Assembly: GCF_006345805.1 (NCBI RefSeq)
Contig: NC_042997.1
Span: 209,622,001 to 209,686,000, forward strand
Origin: Octopus sinensis
Lineage: Eukaryota
Direction: 5' to 3'
DNA length: 64,000 bases
Shown: positions 62,951 to 64,000 of the stretch, piece by piece
Layout of the letters: each line of letters opens with the position of its first letter
How positions within the stretch are numbered: the stretch's first letter is position 1
Translations under genes and position numbers: made by a program
Notes under the pieces: model-generated
Databases searched by the model: none
What the model was told of the DNA's origin: nothing
Seen by the model: only the letters and a program-made list of their open reading frames with translations

Positions 62951-64000
62951 TCAATAAACAAACAAAACAGCAGTGCCATCCAGATGTCCACTGCTGTTTA
63001 TTTTATTGATCTCAGATGTAAAACAAAATTGACCGTCACACGACTTGAACTCCGAGTGTTCTTTATTAGCATTTTTAGTCTTAACAACATTGATCTTTAC
63101 TTGTTTGGATTCTAGACTTCTCATCTAAACACAACTGGAGCTAGAACAAATACAGCAAAGCACTTTCTCTGACACACTAATGATTCTGTAATTCCTTCCC
63201 AGTTGATGTAGCTACGATGAATCAGGTTGTTTGGTGGACAATGCCGAGCGGATTAAGGACAGACACCTTCTTCTTCGGTCCAGTCTCCATCAACCTTATC
63301 AAGCTCCACTTGGAAAGGAAAGTGAGCGTTGAGAGGGAAGTACTCACTCCTTGTGAATTTGTCAAAATTGGTTTGAGTAAACAGACCTACACTTGTAGAT
63401 TGGAGAGCAACAGTTGGCTGAGGGCTTGTGCCCTTCGTCATCAAGGCGATCCTGGATTTGTGGGGCTCCTTGATTGGCCCTAGCTGGAGGCTTTTTCTGT
63501 ATCAGTAAGACTGAATCATCAATGTGTTTACACGTGTTGCATACTATGTATATTTTTTCTTCTTTCCTCCCCCTTCTCCATTTCTTTCCCACATCATATA
63601 TTTTGACCCACAAACAAATTGTAAACTGTCCTTGTAATGTCCTCCTTACTTGATGCCCTTCTGGCAAATAAAAGGAGTTATTATTATTGTTATCATTATT
63701 GTCAGTGATCATCATCATCATTGTTTAACGTCTGTTTTCCATGCTGGCATGAATTGGACGGTTCGACTGGGGTCTGGAAAGCCAGGAGGCTGCACCAGGC
63801 TCCAATCTGATCTGGTAAGGTTTCTACAGCTGGATGCCCTTCCTAATGCCAACGACTCCAAGAGTGTAGTGGGTGCTTTTTACATGCCGCTGGCACAAGA
63901 GCCAGTCAGGGGCACTGGCATCGATCATCTCTCTCTATATAAATGGCAGTTTGTCTGTGCGTGTTTCTGTGTGTCTGTTTGCTTGTACCCTCACCCTGAC

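Overview
AT-rich, repeat-dense animal genomic DNA. The repeat families (RTE-LINE 3' ends with (GAT)n tails, several tRNA-headed SINEs, long (AT)n/(CA)n/(CAT)n tracts) look like an octopus or other coleoid cephalopod genome; this is an inference. Most of the window is intronic or intergenic. Almost all ORFs in the supplied track are spurious readings of repeats and microsatellites. I can support only a few short exons: two well-formed + strand exons (41967-42129, 53999-54135), possible + strand micro-exons, and the last two exons of a - strand gene (923-954, 339-396). I do not recognise either protein. Transposon content includes Tc1 and mariner relics, hAT-, piggyBac- and pogo-type MITEs, RTE fragments, and a 5'-truncated Penelope-like element (PLE; RT plus GIY-YIG) at about 49.6-51.2 kb. 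The main unexplained signal is a dense set of type I hammerhead ribozyme (HHR) motifs: at least 9 sequence families and about 15 copies. Nearly all have a self-complementary stem III (dimer type), and most lie in or at the centre of 150-1100 bp inverted-repeat foldbacks. One family appears to be a tRNA-headed SINE carrying a hammerhead. One copy has a U3-A8 compensatory core. All folds were judged by eye, not computed.
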